NCBI GenBank assembly: GCA_031835245.2
Contig: JAVKOQ020000005.1
Coordinates: 1 to 64,000 of the forward strand
Reading direction: 5' to 3'
Source of the DNA: Balamuthia mandrillaris
Taxonomy: Eukaryota
Length of the DNA stretch: 64,000 bases
Shown here: positions 22,599 to 36,344 of the stretch, piece after piece
Layout: the number at the start of each line of letters is the position of its first letter
Numbering within the stretch: the first letter of the stretch is position 1
The notes under the pieces: generated by a model
Told to the model about the DNA's origin: nothing
Database searches by the model: none
The model's input: the letters and a program-made list of their open reading frames with translations, nothing else
Position numbers and translations under genes: made by a program

Positions 22599-25500
22599 CT
22601 TCTCTCCTCTTCCTCCTCTCCTCTTCCTCATCTCCTCCTCTCTCTGTCCTATCTCTCTATTTCACCAAAACAACAGGAAAGCAGAGAAACAGCAGAGGAA
22701 CGTACGACATGACGCAACACAACTGCATTCGGTTGAGAGATGTCTCTTAAAACGTCAGCAAAGGAAGATGAAGATCTCTGCCGAGTGGACGCCTCATCGT
22801 TTGCAGGCGGAGGAGGGGGAGGCACTGGCGGTGGAACAGGAGGTGCCGCGATGTTCGTTGTTGTCTGTGCTTCTTTGGCTCGATGATGGTGATGCGCGTG
22901 ATAATGGCTGCGGGGAGAGACCAAAGGAGAAGAAGGCCGAGAAGGCGAACGCGACGATTGATAATTATTGCGAGGAGAAGAGGAAGCAGAGGAGGAAGAG
23001 CTGGATCTGGACCTCGTCGTTGTGGTTGCGGAACGTTTGTTGTCACTGATGGAAGGAGGGGAGACCGAAGGAGACAATGGGTTCGTCGAACTGGCGTTTA
23101 GCATTGAGTCGGACAAAGAAGTGAATCCAATAGGGAGTGGGGGTGGCTTTGAAGGGGTTGACGACAATGAGGAGGAAGAAGATAGCGATAATGGAGTGGC
23201 GGATGACGACAAGTAATAAGCCAAAGCAGAGTCAGTGCGAATTGCATTTGCCAGCCGACGAGGTGTGTACAACGACATCTGCTCTTGAACGAACATGTCT
23301 ACTTCTGCCTTTTTGAGGCTGTTGTTGACCTTGTTGCTCAACACCATTCTTCGATCCAGTTCGAGCATCTCGCAAAGCACCTTTTCGCGCTCTCTTGTCT
23401 TCAGCTTTTGTTTCTTCTTCTGCCATTTGCGTTGGCGACGTTCCGTTCTTTCCCTCCATCGTTTCTCTTTCTCCATGAGCTCTCTGTGGAGAGCGGTGAG
23501 CTCTTCTTGTAGGGTGTGCTTGCTTGCTGACAGTTCTGTTCGTTCATGTAACGATTCTTCCAGTTTTTTCGACATCTCTGCCAGTTTTTCCTATTTGATA
23601 ACGGTTAGTGTTTATCTCTCCTCTCTCTCGCTCTCTCGTAACCTTCTTATCTTCTTGTAAAAGAGACAGAGAGCCTAACACCAACCTCTTTTTGAGAAAG
23701 TCTTAACTCGGTGGCTGTATTGCGAGCTTGCCATTCCTGACATCGTTTCTCTGTCTCTTCCATTCGTCTTCGCCATCACAAAAAAGAACACGAAAATATC
23801 TCAGAAGTTAACAAACATGCATACACAATCTTGGAGTTAGCACGTACTTTTTAATCATGTCCAAGGAAGCAAGCTTAGCCTTGTCTCTCGCCCGCTCATC
23901 CGCATCTTCCTCAAACTTCTGCTTCATCTCCACCACCTCCTTCATCATGCTCGCAAAAGCCGTCTCAAAGGCTCCTTCCAACTCCGCTTTGCCATCCTTC
24001 AGCTCTTTGGCTTTCACCTGTGCTTCCAACAACCTCACTTCCAACTCTCTCTTATTCTTCTCCAACTCGCTCACCTGGACACACTTTTCCTTCAACAAAG
24101 CTTCATGTTGCTCCATGTCTGCCTCGTGACGGCGCTCTCGCTCCGCTGCTTCCAGTTTCTTCGTCTCTTCCATCGCAGAAAGAAGAAGTTGTTGCTTCTC
24201 TCTCTCCACTTTTACAGCTTCTTCCCTTTCGGCGGTGAACTGCTGTCTTTGTTCCTCCATCTTTTGCTGCTGTTCTTCCTCCAGCATCTCTTTTTGTTCT
24301 TGCAGCTGTTTCTTTCGTTCGTTGTTCATTGTTTCTTTCTGTACCTCCATTTGCTGCTGCATTTCCTTTCTCGCCTTCTCTCGTTCCTGTTCTAACTGCG
24401 CTATCTCTATTCTATGCAGCTCTCGCAACTGTTCCATCTCCCTCTTGAGCTGCAGTTCCATGGTATGTTTCTCTTCCTCCATTCGCTTCACTCTTCCTTC
24501 GGCTGCATCCTTCTCATTCACCAAGTTCGCGATCTCCTCCCTGGCCATCGTCAACATCGACAGGGGCACTTTCACGAGGTTCGTTGGTTCGCTGTTGTTA
24601 AGATCTGCTCGCTCTGTAACTAGCGAACCACTCGATCCGAAGGAGCGAGCGCTGCTGTTGGATAAACTCGGGGGTTTGTTGGGGGTTGTTGAAGAGGCAG
24701 AAGATTGTGGTGGCGCTTGCTTTTCTGTTTGTTTGTTTGGGGTTGGTGTGCCTCCTTTTGATGGAGTCGACCCCATTGTTGTTGATGTTGTTGCAGAAGT
24801 ATCTGACTTCAGGGTTGCTGTTGGATGGAAGACAACGAGAACGAGAACGAGAACGAGAACGAGAACGAGAACGAGAACGAGAACGAGAACGAGAACGAGA
24901 ACGAGAACGAGAACGAGAACGAGAACGAGAACGAGAACGAGAACGAGAACGAGAACGAGAACGAGAACGAGAACGAAGAACCGAAATACAATTAGCACGT
25001 ACCTGGATTTGCGGCAGGTACTGTGGTGCTAGCAACTGTCGGTGATGATAGGGCGGCGGTAGATGAGGAGAATGGTGATAAAGCTCCTTGCTGTGGTTGT
25101 AGTTGGGCAGAAGGAGTTGAAGCAACATTATCAGTAGGGCGAGGTGGAACTTTGCGTGTAGGACGGTGCTTTGCCACATTAACGCCGATGAAAGAAGAAG
25201 AAGGTGACGATGAAGCAGATGAAGCCGGAGATAAGGAGGCAGATGGAGCCAAAGCAGAAGAGGAAAGGGAAGGCAGGGTCGATGAGGAAGAAGAGGGCAA
25301 CTCTGAAACAACGGCGGCTGCTTGATGTTGCTGTTCAGAGTTGAGAAGCGAAGATGAATAAGGTTGAAGTGGAATGTTACTTGATGAAGATGAGAGGGAA
25401 GGTGAAGGAGACGGAACTGGAGAAGAAGGCAACGCCATGCTGTAGCGCCACTCTCTGTGCCTCTCTCTTCGCTCTCTTATACTCCCTCGCGAAGTCTGTG

Positions 25501-25907
25501 GGCGTTGTAGTGGATCATTTGCCGCCGCTGCCGATGCTTCGATCGCCTCCGACGCGCTTCTGTCCTGTCTAGGAGCAGAAGGAAACGTGCCCAACAAGTT
25601 TGCTGGAGGTGGCCGAAGGCGTGTTTTGTTGCCTTTTGCTTCCCCTTCTTCTCCAGCCATAACATTGGCTTCGTTGTTGACAGCTTCTGTAGTAGGAAGT
25701 GATGATGGCATGACCATGGATGGGAGCCCTTGTGGGAGGTCGTCCATCCCTGATGTCAGCAGCAGCTTCACCTCTTCTCCTGTGAGAGTGGTCTCGCCCA
25801 GGCTTTTCAAGGTATGATTTATCTGTTCGAAGAAAGTGGACCATTCGGGTGGTAGGTTTCGAATCTGTTTGTGTTTGTTTTGGTTTTGGTTTTGGTTTTG
25901 TGCCTAT

Positions 25908-25949
<42 letters not shown>

Positions 25950-27012
25950 TAACCTCAAAACCTCTTTGCGAGTCAAGACCAACATGGGATTTATGCTTAA
26001 CCATCATGGGCACGCCGATATTGTCATTGCCTTCCGCCACAACAGCTCCAGCATTGGAAGACGAAGCAACACCTTTCAGAGATCTTCTGAACAGCGTTCC
26101 AGTTCCATGCCGCACCATCTTGGCCATACTTTTGGAAGCAGGAGAAGAAGAGGACGAGAAAGAAGCAGACGATCTGTCTTTACCTCTCTCTTTTTCTTTG
26201 TCCTTTTCTTTGTGATGACTCGCGGGAACAGTGCTCTTCCGTTTCTTTCGCTCTGCTTTGTTGCTGGTTCGTGAGGAAGCTGTGGGTTCGCTGCTCTTTC
26301 TTCTCATGGACCCTCCTTTCTTCGACAATGTTGAGAAGAATGACTTGGACTTGGCTCCTTCCTTCTCACCCTCGTCTTTCCTGTCTTGCTCGTCTGCTAT
26401 CGCTGCTTCCGTTTCTTCGACCGCCTCGGCTGTTTCCTGTTGTTCCTTGCGCTCCTGTTTGCTATGCTCTCTTTCATCGCTGGAAGAATGAGACGATGAT
26501 AGTGAACGAGAATGAGAATACATGGCAGAACGTTGAGCCAAGAACGATTGCACGTCGCTCTCATCGGCGGGACCGTTGTTGCTTCTCTTCCTTTGCGCTA
26601 CTATCATGGAACCTCCTCCGCTTCCACCAACAAAGGTTGGAGTTCTGTCAGATTCGCGAGAGCTTGATTTCTCCTCTTTGGCAACGTCTTGAGCCGGTTT
26701 GCCTTTCCCTCCTTCAGTACCCGAAGATGAAGTAGAGGCGTTGCTGTTGACGAGGGAGGAAGAACCTCTCTTCTTTCTTCGTTCTGGCTTGTAGTTGTCT
26801 TTGTTATCAGAGTTTGACTTTGTTCGTGGAGCTGGAGAAGAGGAGCCGCTTTTTGCGGCATTGCTGCCAGGTTCGTTTGTTTTTTGGTTACTCCCCGATC
26901 TCTTACGATTGGTGGCTATGACTACAAGAGGCTCTTCGTTAGTGCCCTCGACGCCGTCACTTTCTTTGGCTTGTCGCGGTGAGCCATCCCTGCTCCGTGG
27001 GTTTTGCTCCAT
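22287..27012 (-). CDS. WASP-family-like nucleation-promoting factor: CRIB, long coiled coil, polyproline, WH2-C-A
   Basis: CRIB IGVPMMVKHKSHVG (~25975-26025), coiled coil (~23300-24550), PPVPPPVPPPPPP, WH2 FADVLRDI..VVLRHV, C helix DSLMNIIAQVIIKRR, acidic end DEEWEI*. Confidence 0.8.
24835..24975. repeat. Intronic (ACGAGA)n microsatellite, ~23 copies
   Basis: Perfect hexamer tandem inside an intron of the WASP-like gene. Confidence 0.95.
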
Positions 27013-27434
27013 GGGTGCTTTCTTTTCTCAGAGTTTGGTCTATGTTCGTTCGTGCACTTCATGCGCTGCGAAAGAACGTCCACTGCTTGCTGTAGCATCC
27101 GATCAGGTAATCGAATTGGACAGCCTTATGCCGGGAAATGCTTCGGCCCTTTCCCTCCTGTTGTTTCCCGAAAGGGCGGCCTGAAAAAAAAAAGCTCTTG
27201 TCGTCGCCAGGATTCGAAATCGTGCCTTGCATAATGTTTGAGGAGCCAATCTGAATTCAACCCCGTTCGACCAATAAGGTAACAACCGGAGTTTTCTCTA
27301 TTTTTTCTTTTTTTTTGTTTTCGTCACCAAAAATTTTTTCTCTCTTCTCTCTTCAGCTCAAAAAAAAAGTTCCACAGGAGGACTACGCCCACCGCGAAGA
27401 GGGAACCTAGAACCCACGATCTAGAGAGCCGTAA

Positions 27435-28149
<715 letters not shown>

Positions 28150-28354
28150 ACAAAAAAACTTGGAAGAAAAAGTACCCCTTTTTTCCTTTCTTTTTTTGTG
28201 GCCCCAGCATCTTTGTTCCTATCTTCGCGCGTTGGAAATAAAAGTACAAACTCCACTGTGCTCCTCCCATTCTTCTTCCCCCTTTCAACATCTCTGGAAA
28301 CAAGATTCGAAAAAAAAAGATGTGAGCAAAAAGAAAACCAGCCAGTTATTGCCT

Positions 28355-30389
28355 TCAGTTGTGGGTGGTTGTGTTGTCGCCAGCTGGCAACGCAGAGGGA
28401 GCAGATGGGGTTGCTTCCTCTTTCTCCATTCGTTTGAGAGCACGTCTAGACGCGGGCAAGTCGCAAGCGCGCATCCAGTAGGGAGCAGAAAGAACCTCGT
28501 CCGTGATGACGGGCAGCCCTTTCTCCTGTCTGTGTCGCACCAAGTGTTGGACGATCTGTTGGAGGTCGTCGCTAATGAGGAGCAAGTCGTGGTAGGGCCG
28601 ACCAGCGCTGGTCTTGTGGACCACGTCGAAGACGCCGCTCTGTTGCCAGAACGCTTTGTCGTAGAAGACCATCGGTCTTGCTCTCTGCGCCTCCGTGTAA
28701 TGGTTGTTGCATGCTGATGACCAAATAGGAGGTTAGGGGGAAAGAGCAAGAGAGAAGAGGGAGAGAAGAGAGCGAACCATCTTGAAAGATCTCTTGGCGA
28801 GTGCCAGCGCTGCCTGGCGTGAAGATGATGCCCCCGTTCGCCACTGCTATTATACCATCCTTTTGATTTGGTTGTTAGAAAAGAGAGAGAGCAGAGAGCA
28901 GAGAGCAGAGAGCAGAGAGCAGAGAGCAGAGAGCAGAGAGCAGAGAGAATGAGAAGACTGAATAAGAGAGGAGAAAGTGGAACCTCTCGGATTGCATTGC
29001 TGAACATTTTGGCTTGGAACGTGGCGAACACGTTGGATGGCTCGTGACCATACCGCCATGTTGGAATACCCAAGCTATTTGTTACGCGCATAACGTCAAA
29101 CACTCAAACCAACCTCTAAAAGTAGCAGGAAGAGAGACAGGAAGGAAGAATACAGATAAAAGGGAGCCCAACCTCGGCATGTTCGTGGGCATGCCAAACC
29201 GTTTCAGAACGTTGTATGGGCTGGATCGGTTTAGATATTCCTCAGGAAGCCCAGCGTTACCCTCTGAGATAATGCGAAGCGCTTCTTCCACGTCTTCCAA
29301 GGAGTGGTTTCGAAGATAAGCTCCCATGTTGGCTGCCTCCATTGCTCCTGTATTTGTTTTATTGTTAAAGAAAGGAGAGAGAATCCAAGAAACAAAGATG
29401 AAAGAAGAAAAGAAAGAAAGAAAGATAGAGGCAAGAGTAGAAAGAAAAAACTTACCAGGACCTCCTCCGGTGACAACAAGAAATCCTTCTCTGGCCAGCA
29501 GCCATCCCAACATAACCACATCTCTGTAGGGGCTGCTGGCTCGTTTCATGCCATGCCCTCCCATTATGGCCACCACCGTTTTACCCTTCGAACGTTTTGA
29601 TTAGATAGGGTCAAGAAGAGAAGTAAAGAGAGAAGAACGAAGAAGAGAAGCAGAGAAGAGAGAAGCAGAGAAGCAGAGAAGAGTGAAAAGTAAAGAGGAA
29701 GAAGAACAGAGCAAGAGGAAGAGGAAGAGAAACTAATGGAACAAACTTCTAAATAGTCATAGAGAGCGTCCTCGATGGAGTAGTCGTGCATTGTGGTGGC
29801 CAGAAGAGCTTGCAGCCTTCCTTTGCTCTGCAGGTACCACGAGTAGATCTTCTCGTCTTCCCTCTGTAACTCTTCTTGTGTGTACATAAACGCCCTAAAG
29901 GCCTATATTGCGCGATAGTTACCCTCGTCAAACTTTTCATTCCTCTCTCACAAAAAAAAAAGGAAAAAAAAAAAAAGAAAAGAAAAAAAAAAGAAAAGAA
30001 AAAAGAAAAGAAAAAAAGAATGAAAAATAAAAAAAAAAAAAGAAAAGAGAAAAGAGAAAAGAAAAAAGAAAAAAATGATAAAAAAATACCTTGAAAGGAA
30101 CTTCTTTAGGGTTTTCCAATACCACAGCTCCACGATGACGAACGTCGTGCGGGGTGACCCCGGCAGGGAACTCGCAGCCCCAAAACTGAGCCCCGCTCAA
30201 GTCGTACCGGTCCCACTCCAACTCTTTGCTCAACGGCGAGAGGTCCACCGCCTGGAAGATCCAGCCGTTCATCTTGACTTGCTCCGGGGAGAGGCCGTCG
30301 ATCTTGCATCGGAACTCCTCCAGGGTCTCTATTTCGTTCTCCTCGTTGGAGCCCTCGAAGGCCATTCCCAACGCCGACGAGGCCGCCAT
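28355..30389 (-). CDS. LOG/lysine-decarboxylase-like (SLOG) Rossmann-fold nucleotide-binding protein, bacterial long type
   Basis: VAIMGGHG, VTGGGPGAMEAANMGA, SLGIPTWRYGHEP, FSNAIREDG, FTPGSAGTRQEIFQD; multiple introns. Confidence 0.85.
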
Positions 30390-30714
30390 TTATTCCTCAC
30401 CTCTTTTGTTCTATTTATTTTATTTTATCCTCAAAGAACTCAAATTGTTGGTACCTATCGTCGAACCGGCGCTGCTGCCGAGAACCATGTATTTTCATGA
30501 CGACATGGTAAGTTGAGAGAGAAAAAAAAAAGAAAATTGTTGTTACTCTTCGTCGAACCGGTTCGGTCGACAGATCATGTCGTCGCGGAAAATAACAGAA
30601 AGAAGGAAAGAAGGAAAGAAAGAAAAAAGCGAAGACTGCTGTCCTTGTGCTTCAAGGGCAGTCCCCCCCGGTCATCCGTCCGCCACTGAAGTTTTTTATT
30701 TTTAAAAGAACAAG

Positions 30715-31231
30715 ATGAAGTACGTTATCGTTTATGTTCAACTTTTTTTTTAAAAAAAACCTGAATAATAATTGTTCATCGGTCCAAAAAAAAAAGGTTT
30801 TACTTGGAGGACCTGCTGGTGTACTTTCCGTACACGTACATCTATCCAGAGCAGTACTCCTACATGCTGTCCCTGAAGCGAGCTCTCGACGCAAAGGTTC
30901 ACTAACTCCCCCGCTAACAAAAGATTAGAGCAACAACTAACACACACAAAACAAAAAAGGGACCGTGTGTGCTAGAAATGCCATCAGGCACAGGAAAGAC
31001 GGTGTCGCTGCTGTCCCTCATTCTCTCCTATCAGCTGGCTCATCCGGACGTGGGGAAGCTGGTCTACTGTTCTCGTACGGTGCCCGAGATTGAGAAGGTG
31101 GTGGAGGAGCTGAGGAGAGTGGTCGCTTACAGGGATGAGGAGCTGGGCCAGCACAAGCCACGCTTCTTGGGCCTGGCGCTCAGTGCGCGGAGGAACTTGT
31201 GCATCCATCCTAGGGTGAGTGCTAGTTCTCT

Positions 31232-31273
<42 letters not shown>

Positions 31274-32788
31274 CGTTAACACGAGGACAGCGAGCTCTTC
31301 TTTGGTTCTCTTCGCTCTGTTCTCTGTTCTCGCTATTCCTGTTCGCTGTTTTCTGCTCTTTCTTCGTGCTCTCTTTTCTCCTCTTTTTTCCTCTTTGTGT
31401 TCTAATGGCATTGCCTGCTGTTCCTGGAATGAGAACAGGCAAGCGAAGAAACAAGAGCGGCAGTGGTGGATAGCATCTGCCGCAGCATGACAGCTTCATG
31501 GGTTCGCGAGCAACACGGAAAGCGTTCCGGCCTGCAGGAAACGATGGACATCGAGGACCTTGCCGGCTCCTCTTCATCATCTGCAGGCTCTTCCTCTTCT
31601 TCCTCTTCCTCAAATGTAGAATTGTGCGATTTTTATGAAGGCTGGGAAACTTCTGGACGGGATGCATTACTTCAAGGTTTCCTTTTAGAGCCTCTTCTTT
31701 CTTGTTTTGTTCCTGCTGCCCATTCTCGTTTTGTTCCGTGTTCTTATGCAACAACAACAACAACAACAAAAAGGAGTATACTCTTTGGAAGACTTAAGAG
31801 AAGTTGGAAAGGAGCACGGATGGTGTCCCTACTTTCTTGCACGGCATCTCATCAACTTTGCCAACGTCGTTGTCTATAGTTATCAATACATATTGGATCC
31901 CAAGATATCCGACCTCGTTTCCAAAGAGTTTAAAGCCAACTCCATCGTTGTCTTTGATGAAGCGCACAACATTGGTTTTTTTTCTCTCATGTTGTGTTTT
32001 CATCATTTGATTTTTGACTCTTTTTATGCATTTCTTTTCTTTTCTTTTCTTTTTTTTTTGTAGATAACGTCTGTATAGATGCGTTGAGTGTAAATATCGA
32101 TAAGCGGACTCTAGAAAGCAGCTCTCGGAACCTTGTTCAGCTTTCCACTCGGTTACAAGAGTGAGCACCTTTCATCTATCTTGCCTGTTTTTTCCCAATC
32201 AGTTAAATATCTCCCAATTATTTAGGATCAAAAATACAGATGCGGATCGTTTGAGGCAGGAATATCAAAGACTTGTAGCAGGTTTGGCTAACACTGGCAT
32301 CGCTCGGATCGCTGATGAAGTGAGAGCTGATCCTGGTAATCTTTCTCTCTCTCTCTCTCTCTCACTCTTGTCTGTTGTTGTTTGCAACTGACAAAAATAC
32401 AATTACAAAACAGTGTTATCTGATGATGTTTTGAAGGAGGTGGTTCCTGGTAACATTCGCAGAGGAGAACATTTTTTGGGATTGTTGCGTCGATTTGTAG
32501 AATATTTGAAAGTAACGTGATTCAATTCGCTTTTACCCTTTTCATCTTTGCTGTATTTTAACACAATGTTTCTTTCTTTCTTTCTTTTTTTTTTAAAAAA
32601 AAGACGCGTCTAAAAGTGCAGCAAGTAGTACAAGAAAGCCCACTTGCGTTCATCCAAAGCTGTCAACAAAACGCTCTCATCCAGCAAAAAACCCTTCGGT
32701 ATGCCTTCTCTTTTTCATTTCTCTCGTTCTGTCTTTCTTCATTTTCATTCCTCTCTCTCTCTCTCATTCTCTCTTTCTTCATTTTTCA

Positions 32789-32825
<37 letters not shown>

Positions 32826-34195
32826 TCTTTCTCACAAAAACAACAGGTTCACAGCAGCAAGATTAGGTTCATTGCTTCGCACTCTGGAAATAACAGACAT
32901 GGGCCAATTCCACCCCATCTCTCTCGTCTGCGATTTTGCCACTCTCGTTGGCACCTACTACAAAGGCTTCGCCATCGTCATCGAACCCTACGATCCTCGT
33001 TTCGGCTCTTCTTCCTCTTCTTCTGCCAATCCCGTTCTCCAATTCAGCTGTCTGGACGCTTCCATTGCCATGCGCCCCGTCGTATCTCGCTTCCGCTCGG
33101 TGGTTATCACCTCTGGCACTCTCTCTCCTTTGGAGATGTATCCCCGCGTGTTGGACTTTCAGCCCGTCCTTTCCGAGAAGTTCCCCATGACTCTCAACCG
33201 CAGCTGCGTCTGCCCTCTGGTTGTCACTCGCGGCAGCGACCAGGTGGCCGTTAGCACCAAGTACGATGTGCGCAGCGATCCGAGCGTCGTTCGAAACTAT
33301 GCCGACCTGTTGATCCATCTCTCCGCGGTGGTGCCCGATGGCATCGTCGTTTTCTTCACCAGCTATCGCTACATGGAGGAGATCGTGGCGCTGTGGAACG
33401 AGATGAAGCTGTTGGAGGTCATGTTGCAGAACAAGCTGTTGTTCGTAGAAACGCCGGATGCCTTGGAGAGCACTCTGGCGTTGGCCAATTATAGGAAGGC
33501 CTGTGAGAGTGGAAGAGGAGCCATATTGTTTTCGGTGGCGAGAGGAAAGATCTCAGAGGGCATTGACTTTGATCATCACTATGGAAGGTTTGTTTTTTTT
33601 TTCTTTTTTATCACCGTCTTTTCTTTTGCATTTGCATCACAAGGGTGGGCTAACAGAAATTGTGGTTAAAAAAACAAACAGAGCGGTGGTGTTAATAGGA
33701 ATACCGTACATGAACACGGAGAGCAAGATCCTGAGAGCTCGGCTCGAATTCTTGAGAGAAAACTATCAGATACGAGAGGCCGAGTTTCTTACGTTTGATG
33801 CGATGAGAACTGCTGCTCAATGCGTCGGTATGTCTTTTTTTTCCCCATTCATTTCCTTCTCTCTTGTCGTTCTTTCTTTCTGTCCTGCCTTACTTATTCT
33901 TGTCTTTAAAGGACGTGTCATTCGTGGAAAGAACGACTATGGCATAATGGTGTTTGCTGACAAACGTTACAACCGTTTGGACAAACGCAACAAGCTGCCC
34001 AAATGGATCGCTGACTACATGCAACACTCTCATCTGAACCTATCGACGGACATGGCGATGAGCCTTGCCAAAACCTTTTTGAAGGAGATGGCCCAGCCTT
34101 TCTCCCAACAAGAGCAATTAGGAACGGCTCTTTGGACTGTTGACATTGTGGAGCAGCAACCATGCAGCCGCCCTCGGCCCTCGGCGCCCCAATAA
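30715..34195 (+). CDS. ERCC2: XPD/RAD3 TFIIH 5'-3' DNA helicase
   Basis: [73 protein letters not shown]. Confidence 0.97.
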
Positions 34196-34640
34196 CGAAC
34201 TTGGCGAGAGAAGCAACGAAGAATTATTGCAGTAATGAATAAAAGCTCAAAGACGTCAGAAGGAAAAGAGAGGAGAGAAGAGGAGGAGAAGCAGAGGAGG
34301 AGAGGAAATGAAAGAGAAAAAAGAGAGAGGCAAAGAGGAGAGAGGAGAGGCAGAGGATGAGAGGAGTGGAGAGAGGAGAGAGCAGAGAGCAGAGAGCGAG
34401 AGAGCAGAGAGCAGAGAGCAGAGAGCAGAGAGCAGAGAGCAGAGAGCAGAGAGCAGAGATTTTGGCGGGAAAAAAAAGGTTCTTTTTTTTTTTGTGTTTT
34501 GAACAACAAAAGAGATGAACAAAAACATAAACCCAAAACCAAAAAAAAAAAAAGGGTTGGTAGGCAGGCGGGTAGGTAGGGGAGCAATCGTCAACGACCC
34601 TGTTGTTTGTTGGCACGCAAGGCCGCTGACGGATTGATTG

Positions 34641-35933
34641 CTACTTGGCAGAAGGAGCGGAGGAGGAAGCTCCACTCTTGAAGATGACCTCCTTGATGAC
34701 ACCAACGGCCACGGTCTTCTTCATGTCACGCACGGCAAAGCGGCCCAAGGGAGGGAAGTCATGGAAGGCCTCCACGCACAGAGGCTTCTTGGGGATGAGC
34801 TTGACCAAGGCGGCATCTCCGGTCTTGATGGAGGCGGGGTTCTCCTCCAGCACGTTTCCGCTGCGGCGGTCCAGCTTGGAGAGCAGCTGGTCGAACCTGC
34901 AGCTGACATGGCTGGTGTGGCAGTCCACCACGGGGGAGTAGCCAGGCCTGATCTCATGGTCGATGACCACGACCTGGGCAATGAAAGCCTCGGCCTCCAT
35001 GGGAGGGTGGTCCTTGGCATCCCCGCAGATCATGCCCCTGTGCAGCTGCTTGACGGAGAGGCCCCTCACGTTGAACCCGACGTTCGTTCCAGGCTCAGCA
35101 AAAGGCAGGCGGGTGTGGTTGCTCTCCACGGTCTTGATCTCGCCGCGGAGGTTGCCGGGTGCAAAGTGGCCCATGGTGTTGGGCCTCAGCACGCCAGTCT
35201 CCACGCGACCCACGGGCACGGTGCCGATGCCCGACACCTTGTAGACGTCCTGCAGAGGCACACGGAGGGGCTTGTCAACAGGCCTCTTGGGGGGCTTCAC
35301 AGCGTCAAAGGCCTGGATGAGGGTGGGGCCGTTGTACCAGGGCATGTGGCTGGTGGGCTCAGTCAGGTTGTGACCCTCCCAACCGGATATGGGGACGAAG
35401 GGGATCCTCTCAGGGTTGTAGCCGATCCTCTTCAAGAAGTTGGAGACTTCCCTCTTGATCTCCAGGTACCTTGCCTCGTCGAAGTTGATCATCTGCTTCA
35501 CGCCGAGGGTGAAGGAGAGCAGGGCGTGCTCCCTGGTGGAGCCCTGCTTGTCGATGCCGCTCTCGAACTCGCCCCTCCTGGCAGAGATGACGAGCATGGC
35601 CACATCCGCCTGGCTGGTGCCGGTGATCATGTTCTTGATAAAGTCCTTGTGGCCAGGCGCGTCGATGATGGTCACCTCGTACTTGGCGGTCTCGAACTTC
35701 CACTGGGAGATGTCGATGGTGATGCCGCGGTCCCTCTCCGCCTTGAGCTTGTCCAGCACGTAGGCAAACTTGAAGGTGGACTTTCCACGGTCGTTGGCCT
35801 CCTTCTCGTACTTCTCCATCATCCTGGGGTCGATGCCTCCGCACTTGAAGATCATGTGGCCGCAGGTGGTGCTCTTGCCAGCATCCACATGGCCAATCAC
35901 AACGATGTTAACGCGAGTCTTGTCCTTGCCCAT
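34641..35933 (-). CDS. EEF1A: Divergent, intronless translation elongation factor 1-alpha paralogue lacking the NKxD motif
   Basis: [55 protein letters not shown]. The 430-aa ORF is uninterrupted and strongly GC3-biased. Confidence 0.93.
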   Translation of the reverse strand: MGKDKTRVNIVVIGHVDAGKSTTCGHMIFKCGGIDPRMMEKYEKEANDRGKSTFKFAYVLDKLKAERDRGITIDISQWKFETAKYEVTIIDAPGHKDFIKNMITGTSQADVAMLVISARRGEFESGIDKQGSTREHALLSFTLGVKQMINFDEARYLEIKREVSNFLKRIGYNPERIPFVPISGWEGHNLTEPTSHMPWYNGPTLIQAFDAVKPPKRPVDKPLRVPLQDVYKVSGIGTVPVGRVETGVLRPNTMGHFAPGNLRGEIKTVESNHTRLPFAEPGTNVGFNVRGLSVKQLHRGMICGDAKDHPPMEAEAFIAQVVVIDHEIRPGYSPVVDCHTSHVSCRFDQLLSKLDRRSGNVLEENPASIKTGDAALVKLIPKKPLCVEAFHDFPPLGRFAVRDMKKTVAVGVIKEVIFKSGASSSAPSAK

Positions 35934-36344
35934 TGTTCACTCAAAGCTTAACAAAGTAAGAAAATGAAAAAGAATGTGTACAGAGAATGATAAACAGAAG
36001 GGGTTCCTCTAGAAGAATGCGAGGATGTAAAGGAACAATCAGTAGTTGTTACACCAACAGTAAGTCGTCGGTGGGCTATGCCTTGTTTGAAAAAAAAAAG
36101 TAGGTAGAGAGGATGAAAGGTGTTTGAGTGTTGTGGGTGAGGATGGAAGGACTGCCAGCTCGTTGGATGGCCTTTTATCCTTTGGCGGGGTGTCGTTTCG
36201 CCTGAATTGCTGAAGTTTCTGCGATTGTCGTTCTGATAATTTTCTCAGTGCCGAAATAGGAGAGAATTTTGTTTGGGTTATTTTTGGGTTTGCTTTCAAG
36301 ACGACACGAGATAAAGCAAACTATTTGTTCTTAATTTTTGTCGA

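Noticed and set aside
34638..35951. 437-aa plus-strand ORF antisense to EF1A
   Set aside because: Expected shadow of strong GC3 codon bias on the coding strand; no recognisable protein features.
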